A DNA stretch of 62,377 nucleotides, counting the filler, from Actinomycetota bacterium (GTDB lineage: Bacteria; Actinomycetota; Actinomycetes; JAKEEW01), in the NCBI GenBank assembly GCA_046725875.1. It is 5 parts of 5 records of this genome, joined end to end, with 100 filler letters (N's around TTAATTAATTAA, not from the genome) between each part and the next. Parts side by side here need not be neighbours in the genome. Positions count along the whole stretch, not along the records: positions 36,917 to 50,882 come from JBKOZJ010000182.1; 4 more parts are not named here. The stretch is one strand, 5' to 3'. The notes beneath the pieces were generated by a model. It made no database searches, was not told the DNA's origin, and saw only the letters and a program-made list of their open reading frames with translations. The position numbers were made by a program, and so were the translations under genes. Positions 39,394 through 49,091 of this stretch are shown piece after piece (positions within the stretch are counted from its first letter, which is position 1; each line of letters begins with the position of its first letter).

Positions 39394-40263
39394 TCACAGC
39401 TGAGCCGCGGCATTGGCGAGAGCGTCGAGGAGGGCGACGGTGGCCGGCGGATCGGGCGGCCCCCCATAGGTCGCGGCCAGCACGTAACGAGTCGAGTCCG
39501 GCAGCGGTACGGCCCGAACCCCTGGATTTCGGGAGGCGGCTAGGGCGAGCCCGGGCAGGGTGGTGACGCCGAGGCCCGCCGCGACCAGGGACTGCACGGC
39601 GATGTAGTCGTCGGTTTCGTAGGAGATGCGTGGCTGGAACCCCGCAGTGGCGCACATATCAAGGAGGTGGGCACGGCAGCGTTGGCATCCGGCGATCCAT
39701 GCGGTGTCGCGATAGGCGGTCAGGTCGGCGCCGCCGTCGGTGGTGACCAGGTAGGTCGGTTCCGCCATGAGAAGCCGCGTGCGAATGCCATCCTCCTCCG
39801 GAGCGCTGTCCTCGTACCGAAAGAGCACTGCGGCGTCGACCTGACCGGCGCGCAGCATTCGCATGGCCTCGGGCGGCTCGGCCTCCGCCAGCCGCAGCTC
39901 CAGCCCCGGACGTTCGGCGGCCAGGCCGGCGGCGGCCGCCGGTACGAAGGTGCCAAGTGCGGACGGGAAGGCGGCGAGCCGGACTCGCCCGGTGCGCAAG
40001 CCCACGTGTGCAGCAAGTTCGGTGGCGGCCGAGTCCAGGCGGCCGAGGATCTCGACGCCGCGGTCCGCGAGCAGCCGACCGGCCTCGGTAAGCCGGATGC
40101 CGCGCCCGGCGCGCTGGACGAGGGTGGCGCCGGTCTCGGCCTCCAGCCGGGAAAGGTGGTGGCTCACCGACGGCTGGGAGTAATGCAGCGCCCGCGCGGC
40201 GCCGGTCACCGAGCCGGTTCGAGCAACGGCCACCAAGACCCGCAGCCGGGTGACGTCCAGCAT
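39394..40263 (-). CDS. LysR family transcriptional regulator
   Basis: MLDVTRLRVL..GSVTGAARALHYSQPSVSHHLSRLE..LTEAG; LVAAGLGVTTLP. Confidence 0.93.
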   Translation of the reverse strand: MLDVTRLRVLVAVARTGSVTGAARALHYSQPSVSHHLSRLEAETGATLVQRAGRGIRLTEAGRLLADRGVEILGRLDSAATELAAHVGLRTGRVRLAAFPSALGTFVPAAAAGLAAERPGLELRLAEAEPPEAMRMLRAGQVDAAVLFRYEDSAPEEDGIRTRLLMAEPTYLVTTDGGADLTAYRDTAWIAGCQRCRAHLLDMCATAGFQPRISYETDDYIAVQSLVAAGLGVTTLPGLALAASRNPGVRAVPLPDSTRYVLAATYGGPPDPPATVALLDALANAAAQL

Positions 40264-40274
40264 TCCGCCAATAT

Positions 40275-40289
40275 ATAGATCTTGTCTAT
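40275..40289. promoter_or_regulatory. LysR T-N11-A operator in divergent promoter
   Basis: ATAGA-TCTTG-TCTAT interrupted palindrome 12 nt upstream of the LysR start. Confidence 0.65.
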
Positions 40290-40346
40290 GCGACCGAAAG
40301 TCGTTTGGCATTAGACCTATGGAAGAGGGCGTTGCACCCTGAAGAC

Positions 40347-40916
40347 ATGACCCCCACCACTCCAACTAGCAGTCCCGCCATTAGTCCTACGGCGAGCAGG
40401 CGCGGGCTCGCCGCCCTCGTGGACGCGGTGCGAGCGGTCGTCGACGAGCACGCCGACTGGGCGGAGACCGCCGCCCTGGCAGCGGACGCGCTCCGGCGGC
40501 ACCTGCCCACCCCCGACATGTTCACCGCCGAGGAGCGGGCCGGCGACCCGTCGGGCTACCAAAGTCACCTGCTGCATGTGGAACCGGACGGCGCGTTCTC
40601 CATCCAGGCTGTGGTGTGGCGACCCGGACAGACAACCCCGATCCACGACCACGTGACCTGGTGCGTGGTCGGCGTCATTCAGGGCGTCGAGCACGAGGAG
40701 CTGTTTGCCTGCCCCACCGGGGATTACCTCGAACGGGTGGGCTACAACGCCAACCTCGCCGGGTCAGTTACGGGGTTCGCCCCACCGGGCGACATCCATC
40801 GGGTCCACAACCCCACCGAGTACACGACGATCTCGTTGCACGTCTATGGCACCGACATCTCCCGCGTCGGCTCCAGCATCCGCCGCCACTACGACCTGGC
40901 TATCCGATCCGAGTGA
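40347..40916 (+). CDS. Cysteine/thiol dioxygenase family cupin
   Basis: WRPGQTTPIHDH, PPGDIHRV, ISLHVYG (3-His site and Ser-His-Tyr triad). Confidence 0.88.
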   Translation: MTPTTPTSSPAISPTASRRGLAALVDAVRAVVDEHADWAETAALAADALRRHLPTPDMFTAEERAGDPSGYQSHLLHVEPDGAFSIQAVVWRPGQTTPIHDHVTWCVVGVIQGVEHEELFACPTGDYLERVGYNANLAGSVTGFAPPGDIHRVHNPTEYTTISLHVYGTDISRVGSSIRRHYDLAIRSE

Positions 40917-41014
40917 TCCCAGTGTCGGTGAAATAGCGGCGGCCCGAGCGCGGTTGCATGTGGTGAACCATGCGCCCGCAGCCAGCGGGCCGCACCATCG
41001 GCGAAAGAGCTGAC

Positions 41015-41485
41015 GTGTCGGACAACTACCGCAAGGATCCCGAGGCGATCTCCCGGCTGAACCCGGAGCAATACCAGGTCACCCAGCAGAATGGCACCGA
41101 GCCGCCGTTCAACAACGAGTACTGGGACAACAAGGAGCCGGGCATCTACGTTGACGTCGTGTCTGGCGAGCCGCTGTTCGCCTCGGTCAACAAGTACGAC
41201 AGCCACTCCGGCTGGCCAAGCTTTACCGTGCCGATCGAACCGGGCAACGTGGTCGAGCGCCACGACATCAGCTACGGGATGATCAGGACCGAGGTCCGCT
41301 CCGCTCACGGCGACAGCCATCTGGGTCACCTGTTCCCCGACGGGCCAGCGGATGCCGGCGGCCTGCGCTATTGCGTCAACTCGGCGGCCCTCCGCTTCAT
41401 CCCGCTCGATGACCTGGAGCGCGAGGGCTACGGCGCCTACCGCAAGCTGTTCGAACCCGCCCACCACACTGGGAGCGCATCATGA
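41015..41485 (+). CDS. msrB: Peptide methionine (R)-S-oxide reductase
   Basis: [46 protein letters not shown]. Confidence 0.96.
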   Translation: MSDNYRKDPEAISRLNPEQYQVTQQNGTEPPFNNEYWDNKEPGIYVDVVSGEPLFASVNKYDSHSGWPSFTVPIEPGNVVERHDISYGMIRTEVRSAHGDSHLGHLFPDGPADAGGLRYCVNSAALRFIPLDDLEREGYGAYRKLFEPAHHTGSAS

Positions 41486-41997
41486 CGACCGAGAAGGCCA
41501 TCCTCGCCGGCGGCTGTTTCTGGGGCATGCAAGATCTCATTCGCAAGCTCCCCGGCGTGATCTCGACCAGAGTCGGCTACACCGGCGGTGACGTCCCGAA
41601 CGCGACCTACCGGAATCACGGCGGCCACGCCGAGGCGATCGAGATCATCTTCGATCCGGACAGGCTCTCCTACCGGGACCTGCTGGAGTTCTTCTTCCAG
41701 ATCCACGACCCGACCACCCCGAACCGGCAGGGCAACGACCTCGGGACTAGCTACCGGTCGGCCATCTTCTACCTCAGTGATGCGCAGAAGCAGACCGCCG
41801 AGGACACGATCGCCGACGTCGACGCTTCCGGCCTGTGGCCGGGCAAGGTGGTCACGGAGGTGTCGCCAGCCGGTCCGTTTTGGGAGGCCGAGCCCGAGCA
41901 CCAGGACTACCTGGAGCGCTACCCCAACGGGTACACGTGCCACTTCGTCCGCCCGGGCTGGAAGCTGCCGCGCCGCGCGGACAAGGTCAGGACCTGA
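41482..41997 (+). CDS. msrA: Peptide methionine (S)-S-oxide reductase
   Basis: [37 protein letters not shown]. Confidence 0.96.
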   Translation: MTTEKAILAGGCFWGMQDLIRKLPGVISTRVGYTGGDVPNATYRNHGGHAEAIEIIFDPDRLSYRDLLEFFFQIHDPTTPNRQGNDLGTSYRSAIFYLSDAQKQTAEDTIADVDASGLWPGKVVTEVSPAGPFWEAEPEHQDYLERYPNGYTCHFVRPGWKLPRRADKVRT

Positions 41998-42011
41998 CGT
42001 TCAGGTCCTGA
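41987..42011 (+). terminator. Perfect hairpin overlapping msrA stop
   Basis: tcaggacctga-cgt-tcaggtcctga, 11-bp perfect stem; second tcagga/tcctga hairpin at ~42026-42047. Confidence 0.55.
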
Positions 42012-42170
42012 GTCCGAGTCGGGCGGTCAGGATCGGATGGTCCTGACCCCCTGACAGGGCAGCGCAGGCCGTTCCCGCCCGGTGTCAGCATCGAGGTTGG
42101 TCAATTCGGTGCGGAGGGAGGCGGCGCATGGTTGAAGGTAGGGCTGGCGACGGAGCCGACAGCCGCTCGT

Positions 42171-42302
42171 CCGCTTTGCGTCGGAGATGTCCGTAGCGGG
42201 TCAATCAAGCGCGCCGCGGCTGCCATCGGCGAAGGCTCCATGGCGGTACGGCTGATCTTCGACCGCCTCGAGTCCGCTCGCACCGCAGAGATGGTTGACT
42301 AA
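42171..42302 (+). pseudogene. C-terminal remnant of thioredoxin reductase-like FAD oxidoreductase
   Basis: VGDVRSGSIKRAAAAIGEGSMAVRLIFDRL; no N-terminal part. Confidence 0.75.
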
Positions 42303-42313
42303 CCGGACGAGCC

Positions 42314-43069
42314 TCACCGAGGGGACTTCAGCGCATATACCGATATGTGGCTGGTGCTCGCAGCGTCGATGTCTTCACGACTCCAGCCAGCCCACCGCTG
42401 GCGCAGCCGCATTCCAGCGATCTCGGCCATGAGGTCGAGCTCAGCAGGCCATGCGTAGCGAAGCCGCACGGGTCGGAAGGAGACGGAGTCGATGCCCAAG
42501 CGGACGATGCCGGCCACAATCTGCTGAGCAACCGGATCATGACGGCTGGCGTCCAGTCGTACGGCGTGGTCGTCCACACTGATCGTCCGAAACGACTGTC
42601 CCCGATCGAACCGCCGCAAGTCCGGAACGAAGCATTCCATGACGAAGGCACCGTCGGGTTCGAGCACGGCGGCCACGCGCTTGAAGCAGGACACCTGATC
42701 CTGCTGCGTCAGCAGGCCGAAGAAGGTGTTGAACACCACATAGACGAGGCGGAACGAACCGTCGACCGGTAGGTCGGCCATGTTGCCCATGGTGACCGGG
42801 ATCGCGTCGCCGCCGGGCTTAGACCGTAGACGCTCCACCATCGACGGTGAGGCGTCGAGCCCCTCGACATTGACACCGCGGGCCGCAAGGGGCAACGCGA
42901 CGCGTCCGGTTCCGATACCGAGCTCCAACGCTCGGCCCCCGGCGGCAAGGTCGGCCAGAAAGGACAGCTGGCTTTCCGGCGGGACCATGAACGCGTGCTC
43001 GTCGTCGTACACCTCGGCCCACAGCTCGCCGTAGCGATCGGGCGTCTGCGGCGTCTCACCGCCTGCCAT
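42314..43069 (-). CDS. Class I SAM-dependent methyltransferase
   Basis: ALELGIGTGRVALPL, GLDASPSM, LVYVVFNTFF, WPAELDLMA. Confidence 0.9.
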   Translation of the reverse strand: MAGGETPQTPDRYGELWAEVYDDEHAFMVPPESQLSFLADLAAGGRALELGIGTGRVALPLAARGVNVEGLDASPSMVERLRSKPGGDAIPVTMGNMADLPVDGSFRLVYVVFNTFFGLLTQQDQVSCFKRVAAVLEPDGAFVMECFVPDLRRFDRGQSFRTISVDDHAVRLDASRHDPVAQQIVAGIVRLGIDSVSFRPVRLRYAWPAELDLMAEIAGMRLRQRWAGWSREDIDAASTSHISVYALKSPR

Positions 43070-43307
43070 CGAGCCATTGTCAGGGTCTCACCTCAGACCG
43101 TCGATCAGTTTTCACCTTTCCGGAGATGCATGGTCCTCCTTGTCGCGGTGGCAAAGAGGTCGGCGCTGGTCTGGCCGGGTCTGTGGCCGTTCCTGACGAC
43201 TGGACCTGACCGCGCAGCATCGCCACCTCGTGGCGCAGCCAGCGCGCGAGGGCTGGTGGCGCGATGCCTCTTAGGGAAGCATCGATCCGAGCGCAGCGGG
43301 AGATCCG

Positions 43308-43775
43308 ATGACTGATACGCCAGTGGCTGTCCTGACCCTCGAAGACGCTAGGCGGTTCCTTGCGGCGCAGCCGTTCAGCGTGCTTATCGGTGCTCGGATC
43401 GTCGCATTCGGTGATCCTGAAGCCGTGTTGGAGATCGACGTTCGGGATGAGCTGTTACAGCAGAACGGATATGTCCATGGTGGCGTGCTTGCGTACGCTG
43501 CTGACAATGCGATCACGTTCGCTGCCGGGAGTCGGCTCGGACCGGCCGTCCTGACCGGTGGGTTCACCATTGAGTACTTGAGACCTGCGCAGGGTCGAAG
43601 CCTTGAGGCGCGGGCGGAGGTCATCCATGCCAGCCGACGCCAGGCCACCTGCCGCTGTGATCTGTACATGCTCGATGACGATGGTGAGCGGACGTACTGC
43701 GCGGCCGCGCAGGGGACCGTAATCGCCATTCGACAGCCCGTGGCCCAGGAGATTCATGCGGATTCCGATCGCTGA
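43308..43775 (+). CDS. PaaI family thioesterase
   Basis: QQNGYVHGGVLAYAADN, IEYLRPA. Confidence 0.9.
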   Translation: MTDTPVAVLTLEDARRFLAAQPFSVLIGARIVAFGDPEAVLEIDVRDELLQQNGYVHGGVLAYAADNAITFAAGSRLGPAVLTGGFTIEYLRPAQGRSLEARAEVIHASRRQATCRCDLYMLDDDGERTYCAAAQGTVIAIRQPVAQEIHADSDR

Positions 43776-43875
43776 GTCCCGGCGATGCACTCGGATGCCC
43801 TTGAGGCGCTGACTGGCGCCGACCGGAAGCTCCAATCTTGTTGCCTGTCAAGTCGTACCGGTGGTACCTCGCGCC

Positions 43876-44409
43876 TCAGGTCAGGCGCGTGAGGCGCATC
43901 TGCTCCTCCTGAATCCAGGTCGCGCCGCGATCGTAGGAGGTCTCACCGATCCAGAGCGCCGACATGGGCCCGATGTCGGTGAAGCGCCAGCGCAGCCACG
44001 GGTCCTCCTCGTCGCTGAGGAGGATCACCTCGCCGTCGGTTGGCCGGCCGATGAACCGGCGCACGCGCGCGTTGATCGGTTCGATCCAGGTGGATCGCCA
44101 GGCGTCGATCCCGGCGTCGTAGAAGCGGACCGTGGTGCCATGGAAGGCGCGCATTCGCGGGTCATGCGGCTGATTGCGGCCCGGCACGATCCACGTATCC
44201 TGCACGGCCCGCCCGCCGAGGACCCAGCCGAAGTGGAGCTCGCCCTCGACTCGCAGCGGCCGGCCGTCGTTGCCCGTGCCCGACCACTGCACGCGCCACG
44301 AACCAACGAACTGGCCAAAGAGCATCAGCTTGTCGGCCTGTTCGGCGGACGGCCCGGACACGTGGAGGGCTTCGATCAGGCCAATGCCGCTGGACTCCGT
44401 TTGATTCAT
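43876..44409 (-). CDS. Conserved hypothetical beta-barrel protein (DUF1579-like)
   Basis: LFGQFVGSW, FGWVLGGRAVQDTW, GTTVRFYD..W, S.D.GATW; RBS GAGG upstream. Confidence 0.7.
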   Translation of the reverse strand: MNQTESSGIGLIEALHVSGPSAEQADKLMLFGQFVGSWRVQWSGTGNDGRPLRVEGELHFGWVLGGRAVQDTWIVPGRNQPHDPRMRAFHGTTVRFYDAGIDAWRSTWIEPINARVRRFIGRPTDGEVILLSDEEDPWLRWRFTDIGPMSALWIGETSYDRGATWIQEEQMRLTRLT

Positions 44410-44738
44410 CGTCGGCTTCCTCGTGTCAATCAATGCTTGCGGGCCCGCCCGGGCCATCCGGCACAGCATGCCCACGGAGAACCGGCACAGGTGAACCGTC
44501 AGCGGAAGACCTTTCGCGCCTGAACCTCAAGGACGCCGACAACGGCCTAGTCGGCCAGCTCGGCGTGCTCGGCCGGCCCAGGCCGGGCGGCGGGCACGAC
44601 GACGGCTCGGGGAGCCAGTCCCCCACGTTGCCACCGGACCGACCGCAGCGCGACTAGGCTCCCCGACGGAACGCTCGAATGGCGGCCCAGCCGACCTTCC
44701 CGTCGTCACCTGAGGATTACCGAGGCGAAATCCGGTGC

Positions 44739-45089
44739 TCAACAGGTCAGGTGCAGAATCGCGTTCGTGTCTTCGGGTCCCGTTCCGAGTGCCTCGATCG
44801 CGGCGGCTGTGGGCACGATCAACAGCTGCACGCCCCGCCGCGCCGCCTCCCGTTTCACGTCGCCCGTCACGGGGAGTCGGCCGTGCGCACCTGTGCCCAC
44901 CACCAGCCGGCGGCACTTCCAGGGAATCTCCTCCTCGGCAGACAGCGGGGTGTGACCGTACGCGTCACGAAGTCGCTTCGACGGCTTCTTTCTGCGCTCG
45001 CGGACCCGTCCGCGATCGATCACCACGTCCCGGCTGTAGGCAACGCCATCGATGCTGATGGAGCCAAAGGCAAAACTCTCGACCCGCAT
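44739..45089 (-). CDS. Mth938-like domain protein
   Basis: FGSISIDG..Y..DVVI, LVVGTGAHGRL, PTAAAI, ILHLTC. Confidence 0.85.
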   Translation of the reverse strand: MRVESFAFGSISIDGVAYSRDVVIDRGRVRERRKKPSKRLRDAYGHTPLSAEEEIPWKCRRLVVGTGAHGRLPVTGDVKREAARRGVQLLIVPTAAAIEALGTGPEDTNAILHLTC

Positions 45090-45290
45090 GCCAACTCTCC
45101 TCTGGTAGTACCTCAGTGCCGTGTTGGCGCGAGGGGGCGGCGATCAGCATTGCCAACTGAGCGGGCAGCGTATCGCGGTGTCCCTCGTGTCCTGGCGCGC
45201 TACACCACGACCGCCGAGCCGCAGCGCCTCGTCGGGGACAGTCGTTCACCTTCGCCGTAGGCGCTGCCGAAGGCCGCGGCACGGTCCGAA

Positions 45291-45424
45291 CGATCGGGCA
45301 ATGTGCTGGAGCCATGAGTTCTCCAGTGAGAGGGATCGAGCAATGTGCCAGGACCGTGACGAGGACGGCCAATTCGTCAAGGTCTTAGCACACTGCCCGA
45401 TCGCGATCGCCCGGAAACTCACGC
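45291..45424. repeat. REP/MITE-like element: 42-bp-spaced direct repeat within a long imperfect inverted repeat
   Basis: GATCGRGCAATGTGC at 45292 and 45334; arm 45334-45362 pairs with 45374-45402 (24/29). Confidence 0.7.
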
Positions 45425-45462
45425 CGGTCCTCCGCACCGGTGGCGACCGGAGCCATTGAGGG

Positions 45463-45834
45463 GTGGCGGCGAGCCTGCTGGAGCGGCTGGCTGACCGGCT
45501 TGGAGACAGGGCATCGGTAACCGCCGTATAGGGCGAGCCTGTGGTCTGCGAGTCCGTCACCGTCATCCCGGTGGCGCGGGTCGGCTTCGGATTCGGGGCG
45601 GCGCGGGCCGCGCGCGCTGCGCGAGCGAGATGTCAAGACTGGCGAGGGCGGCGGCGGTGCCGAGGCCGGACCGGTTGGCTTTATCGAAATCAAGCACAGC
45701 ACGGCCACATTCAAGCTGATCCGCGATCCGTGGGTCGATGTCGTCGTCCCGCTGATCGCCATCGCCGCCACCATCGCCGCCGGCTCGGCTGCCGCCAAGC
45801 TCGCACCTGCAATCGCCCGAGGCATCGACGCTAA
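45463..45834 (+). pseudogene. GerW/YtfJ-like protein with premature stop and frameshift
   Basis: LERLADRLG.RASVTAV*GEPV..VTVIPVARVGFGFG (TAG at 45529-45531), then GEGGGG..PVGFIEI in another frame; boundaries approximate. Confidence 0.7.
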
Positions 45835-45891
45835 CCCGTCGCCCGCTCCCGCGGATGGTCGATCTGCGCCAGATCCGCACAGAGGCCGCGG

Positions 45892-47223
45892 TCATTGCGC
45901 GGCGGCGGCTTCGACGCGGGCGCGGTCCTCGTGGTGCATCGTCGGCGAGCAGCCGCCCACGGTGCGCACGAGCTCTCGGTCCAACGCCTCGATGACCTCC
46001 GCTCGGTCACCGGAGACGACGCAGGCACCACGCAGCATTCGTAGCGTTCGGGCGATCGCCACGAGTACCTGCGGATGCGGCGCGGCGTAGAGCCTGACCT
46101 GGTCGAAGGCGTGGCCGATGAACTCGCTGTGGTTAAGATCAAAGGGCGTCAGCAATACACGGCCGGCCTTGTCGGTGACCGACTGCGCGGGCAGCTCGGC
46201 GAGAACGAGCGGCCGCATGATCGAACCAATCCGGAGCACTACCTCGATCGCGGTGGTCGGGTCGTTCACGGCCGGTGAAAGTGCTCGCAACGCGATGTCG
46301 TTGAGCTGGCGCAGGCCGAAGTCGATGTCCTGCTGCATGGTGCGGTGCGGACCGAGGATCGTCGCGTCCCGGATCAGGGCGCACGAGTGCGGCTCGGCGG
46401 GCCTCGGCCAGACCGAGGCCAGGGGCGCATCGCGAACGAGATAACCGCCAACCCGCGTCTCGAGCCGGATCACGCTGTTCGGTGGCGCGGCCGCGATCAC
46501 TGCCCGCCGGCTGATCTGTTGCACCCAGCCGTCGCCTGGCGATCGGACGATCAATGGCTGCCCCAGCGCCGAGAGGTCAGGAGCGGGAACCGACTCGCCC
46601 ACCTTCATGCCGACGTGTGGACCGTAGGGCAGCTCGCGGACGAGGGCGAGCGTCTCGCGGACGATCCGGGCCATAATCTGCCCGACGTACTGCTGGCGAC
46701 TGATCCGATCAAGGTAGACAACGATGAAGACGACCGAGGTGATCGCGAGCAGCAGCGCGAACATCACCGTGAGCGCGGGCGCCTGCTCGGCATCCGGATC
46801 GAGCCGAGCCAACGTTAGTACGCAGAACGCAAAGGTCGAAAGGAGTAGCCCGATCAGGACCTGACCGAACCGGTCCCGCCAAAAACCGCGCAGAACGCGT
46901 GGCGAGAACTGCCCGCTGGCCAGCTGCAGGGAGACCACAAGCAGGGAAAACACCACGCCAGCCGTTGTGATCACTGCGCCGGCAATGATGCCCAGCAGAG
47001 TGCTCGCCGTGCCGGGCGTGAATGTGACGGTCCATGAGAGCGGCTCGGACTCGTAGATCTCGTCGATCTGGCCGAGCACCACCGCGACCACGACCGAGAA
47101 AGCCAGCATCAGCGCAGGCAGGAAGAGCAGACTCTCGCGGAGCCGGTCGCGGAGCGCCCGTTGGCGTAGACGGCGCACATGGGTCGCCACCTCACCCGCC
47201 GCCGTGGATCTCACCCTCGGCAC
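45892..47223 (-). CDS. DUF2254 family membrane protein
   Basis: VSLQLASGQFSPRVLR, RTMQQDIDFGLRQLNDIALRALSPAVNDPTTA; start uncertain. Confidence 0.88.
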   Translation of the reverse strand: MPRVRSTAAGEVATHVRRLRQRALRDRLRESLLFLPALMLAFSVVVAVVLGQIDEIYESEPLSWTVTFTPGTASTLLGIIAGAVITTAGVVFSLLVVSLQLASGQFSPRVLRGFWRDRFGQVLIGLLLSTFAFCVLTLARLDPDAEQAPALTVMFALLLAITSVVFIVVYLDRISRQQYVGQIMARIVRETLALVRELPYGPHVGMKVGESVPAPDLSALGQPLIVRSPGDGWVQQISRRAVIAAAPPNSVIRLETRVGGYLVRDAPLASVWPRPAEPHSCALIRDATILGPHRTMQQDIDFGLRQLNDIALRALSPAVNDPTTAIEVVLRIGSIMRPLVLAELPAQSVTDKAGRVLLTPFDLNHSEFIGHAFDQVRLYAAPHPQVLVAIARTLRMLRGACVVSGDRAEVIEALDRELVRTVGGCSPTMHHEDRARVEAAAAQ

Positions 47224-47402
47224 GATAATGCCAATCAGTCGCCCGGAAGCGCCGCGCTGGGTCGGACGAGGTGCCGTCGGCCCGCGCAGCCATGCAACCC
47301 GACCGGCCCCGCCGGGGTTCAGGAGATGTCGTCGACCGGCCAACGTTGCTGAGGGCAGACCCGAGCGGCCGGCACATGGATGGCAGCGGAGGTGCCGAAG
47401 AG

Positions 47403-48365
47403 GTGAACGTCGACAGCCGGCGGTTCCGGTTCGGGGTACTTGGCGAGAGCGTGCCATCGGGAAAGCAACTGCTCGACGAGGCTCGTCGCGCGGAAGACCT
47501 CGGATATGCCACCTTCGTCCTCCGTGACCACCTCGTCACCGAACCCTTTGGGCCGCAGCTAGCACCGCTTCCCGCGTTGACTGCCGTCGCATCGGCGACC
47601 ACCACACTGCGCATCGGCACGCTTGTGCTCGGCAACGACTACCGCCATCCGGCGATCCTCGCGAAGGAGGCGGCGACGCTTGACCATCTCTCTGGCGGGC
47701 GTCTCGAGCTGGGTCTCGGAGCGGGGTGGCTCCGCGACGAGTACGACCGGGCAGGGATCACATTTGACCCGCCGGGCGTGCGCGTCAGTCGTTTCGAGGA
47801 GTCCGTCGCGCTGCTCAAGGGCTTGCTGGCAGGTTCGGCGATCACCTTCTCCGGAACGCACTACTCGCTCAACGGACTGGACAGCTTCCCGAAGCCGACC
47901 CAGCGGCCGCGGCCCCCGATCCTCGTCGGCGCGGGCAGCCGCCGGATGCTCTGCATCGCCGGGCGAGAAGCAGACATCGTCGGCATCCTCCCCAGGGCCC
48001 TGCCGGACGGAACAATCTCCGAGGACCTGGCCGAGCGGTCCCCCGACGCTATCGCCAGGAAGGTCGAGTGGGTACGCGAGGCGGCCGGCGCACGCTTCCA
48101 CAGTGTCGAGCTCAGCATGGTGATCTCCCCGCACATCGCCGACGATCACAACGGTGCCGCCGAGCTGTACGCCGCTGACCACGGCTGGGGCGTCGCAGCC
48201 GCCGACCACGTGCTGGAGATGCCAAGTGCCTTCGTCGGCCCAGTCGGCCGGATCGTCGACGACATGCTGGCGCGGCGCGACCAGTACGGCTTCTCCTATT
48301 ACGTGGTGTCCGATCGAGACCTGGACGCGTTCAGTCCCGTAGTCGACCGTCTAGCTGGCCGTTAA
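47403..48365 (+). CDS. F420-dependent LLM class oxidoreductase (TIGR03621-like)
   Basis: RFRFGV, ARRAEDLGY..DHL, GTLVLGNDYRHPAILAKEAATLD.LSGGRLELGLGAGW, RRDQYGFSY; start approximate. Confidence 0.88.
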   Translation: MNVDSRRFRFGVLGESVPSGKQLLDEARRAEDLGYATFVLRDHLVTEPFGPQLAPLPALTAVASATTTLRIGTLVLGNDYRHPAILAKEAATLDHLSGGRLELGLGAGWLRDEYDRAGITFDPPGVRVSRFEESVALLKGLLAGSAITFSGTHYSLNGLDSFPKPTQRPRPPILVGAGSRRMLCIAGREADIVGILPRALPDGTISEDLAERSPDAIARKVEWVREAAGARFHSVELSMVISPHIADDHNGAAELYAADHGWGVAAADHVLEMPSAFVGPVGRIVDDMLARRDQYGFSYYVVSDRDLDAFSPVVDRLAGR

Positions 48366-48599
48366 ACCAGATGAAGTGGCGGACCACGCACCAACGGGCC
48401 GCGACGAGGGGAACGCGTTGCAGGTGTGGATCCGCCGCCACGACGAGTACGAGAGCAGGTGAGAAATGCGCGGTGGTATCCCGGCCAGCCGCACCGGTGG
48501 TCCCAGTTAAGATCCTTCGGCTCTTCGCTGTCATCGCTGGCCACGCAGTTGTGCGGCGGGCGGAGCGGGTCCGGCCCGCCGCTGGTGCAAGATTTGGAC

Positions 48600-49034
48600 A
48601 TGCACTCGGCACCATCGTCTCGGGTCACCAGGACCGGCTCGTTCACCTTGCCCTGCCCTCCCGCGACCGCACTACCGCTCTTCACGCCCGAAGGTGAACG
48701 AGCTTGGCTACGTGGATGGGAGCCTGCCTACCTGTCTGGGGCCACCGACGAGGTAGGAGCCGTGTGGACGACGTCGACCCACGACGCTGCCACAACTTGG
48801 GTGACGGTGATCCGCAACGACAACCACGTTGCCTATGCGCGAGTCTCCGATGACGGCACCGCGGGGCTGGTCAGCGTTCGGTGCCTGCCCGACGACGACG
48901 GCACGAGAGTGCACGTCACCTACGACCTGACGGCAACTAGTGACGCCGGCCTCGGATGGCTGCAACACTTTGCCGGCCGCTACGACGAGATGCTTCAGAA
49001 CTGGCACGATCTGACCGTACGTCTCCTGAGCTGA
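48600..49034 (+). CDS. SRPBCC/START-like hypothetical protein
   Basis: PLFTPEGERAW..GWEP and TRVHVTYDLTA pattern. Confidence 0.65.
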   Translation: MHSAPSSRVTRTGSFTLPCPPATALPLFTPEGERAWLRGWEPAYLSGATDEVGAVWTTSTHDAATTWVTVIRNDNHVAYARVSDDGTAGLVSVRCLPDDDGTRVHVTYDLTATSDAGLGWLQHFAGRYDEMLQNWHDLTVRLLS

Positions 49035-49091
49035 CCGGGCCGGCCACGAACCGCTCGACGGCGAGACTTCCGCCGCATCACACCCGTGACC

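Noticed and set aside
45529..45531. In-frame TAG as recoded stop (Pyl/readthrough)
   Set aside because: The same gene is also frameshifted, so simple decay is more likely
48366..48560. Possible gene fragment (DHAPTGRDEGNALQVWIRR) between LLM and SRPBCC genes
   Set aside because: Too short to assign and no start or family recognised
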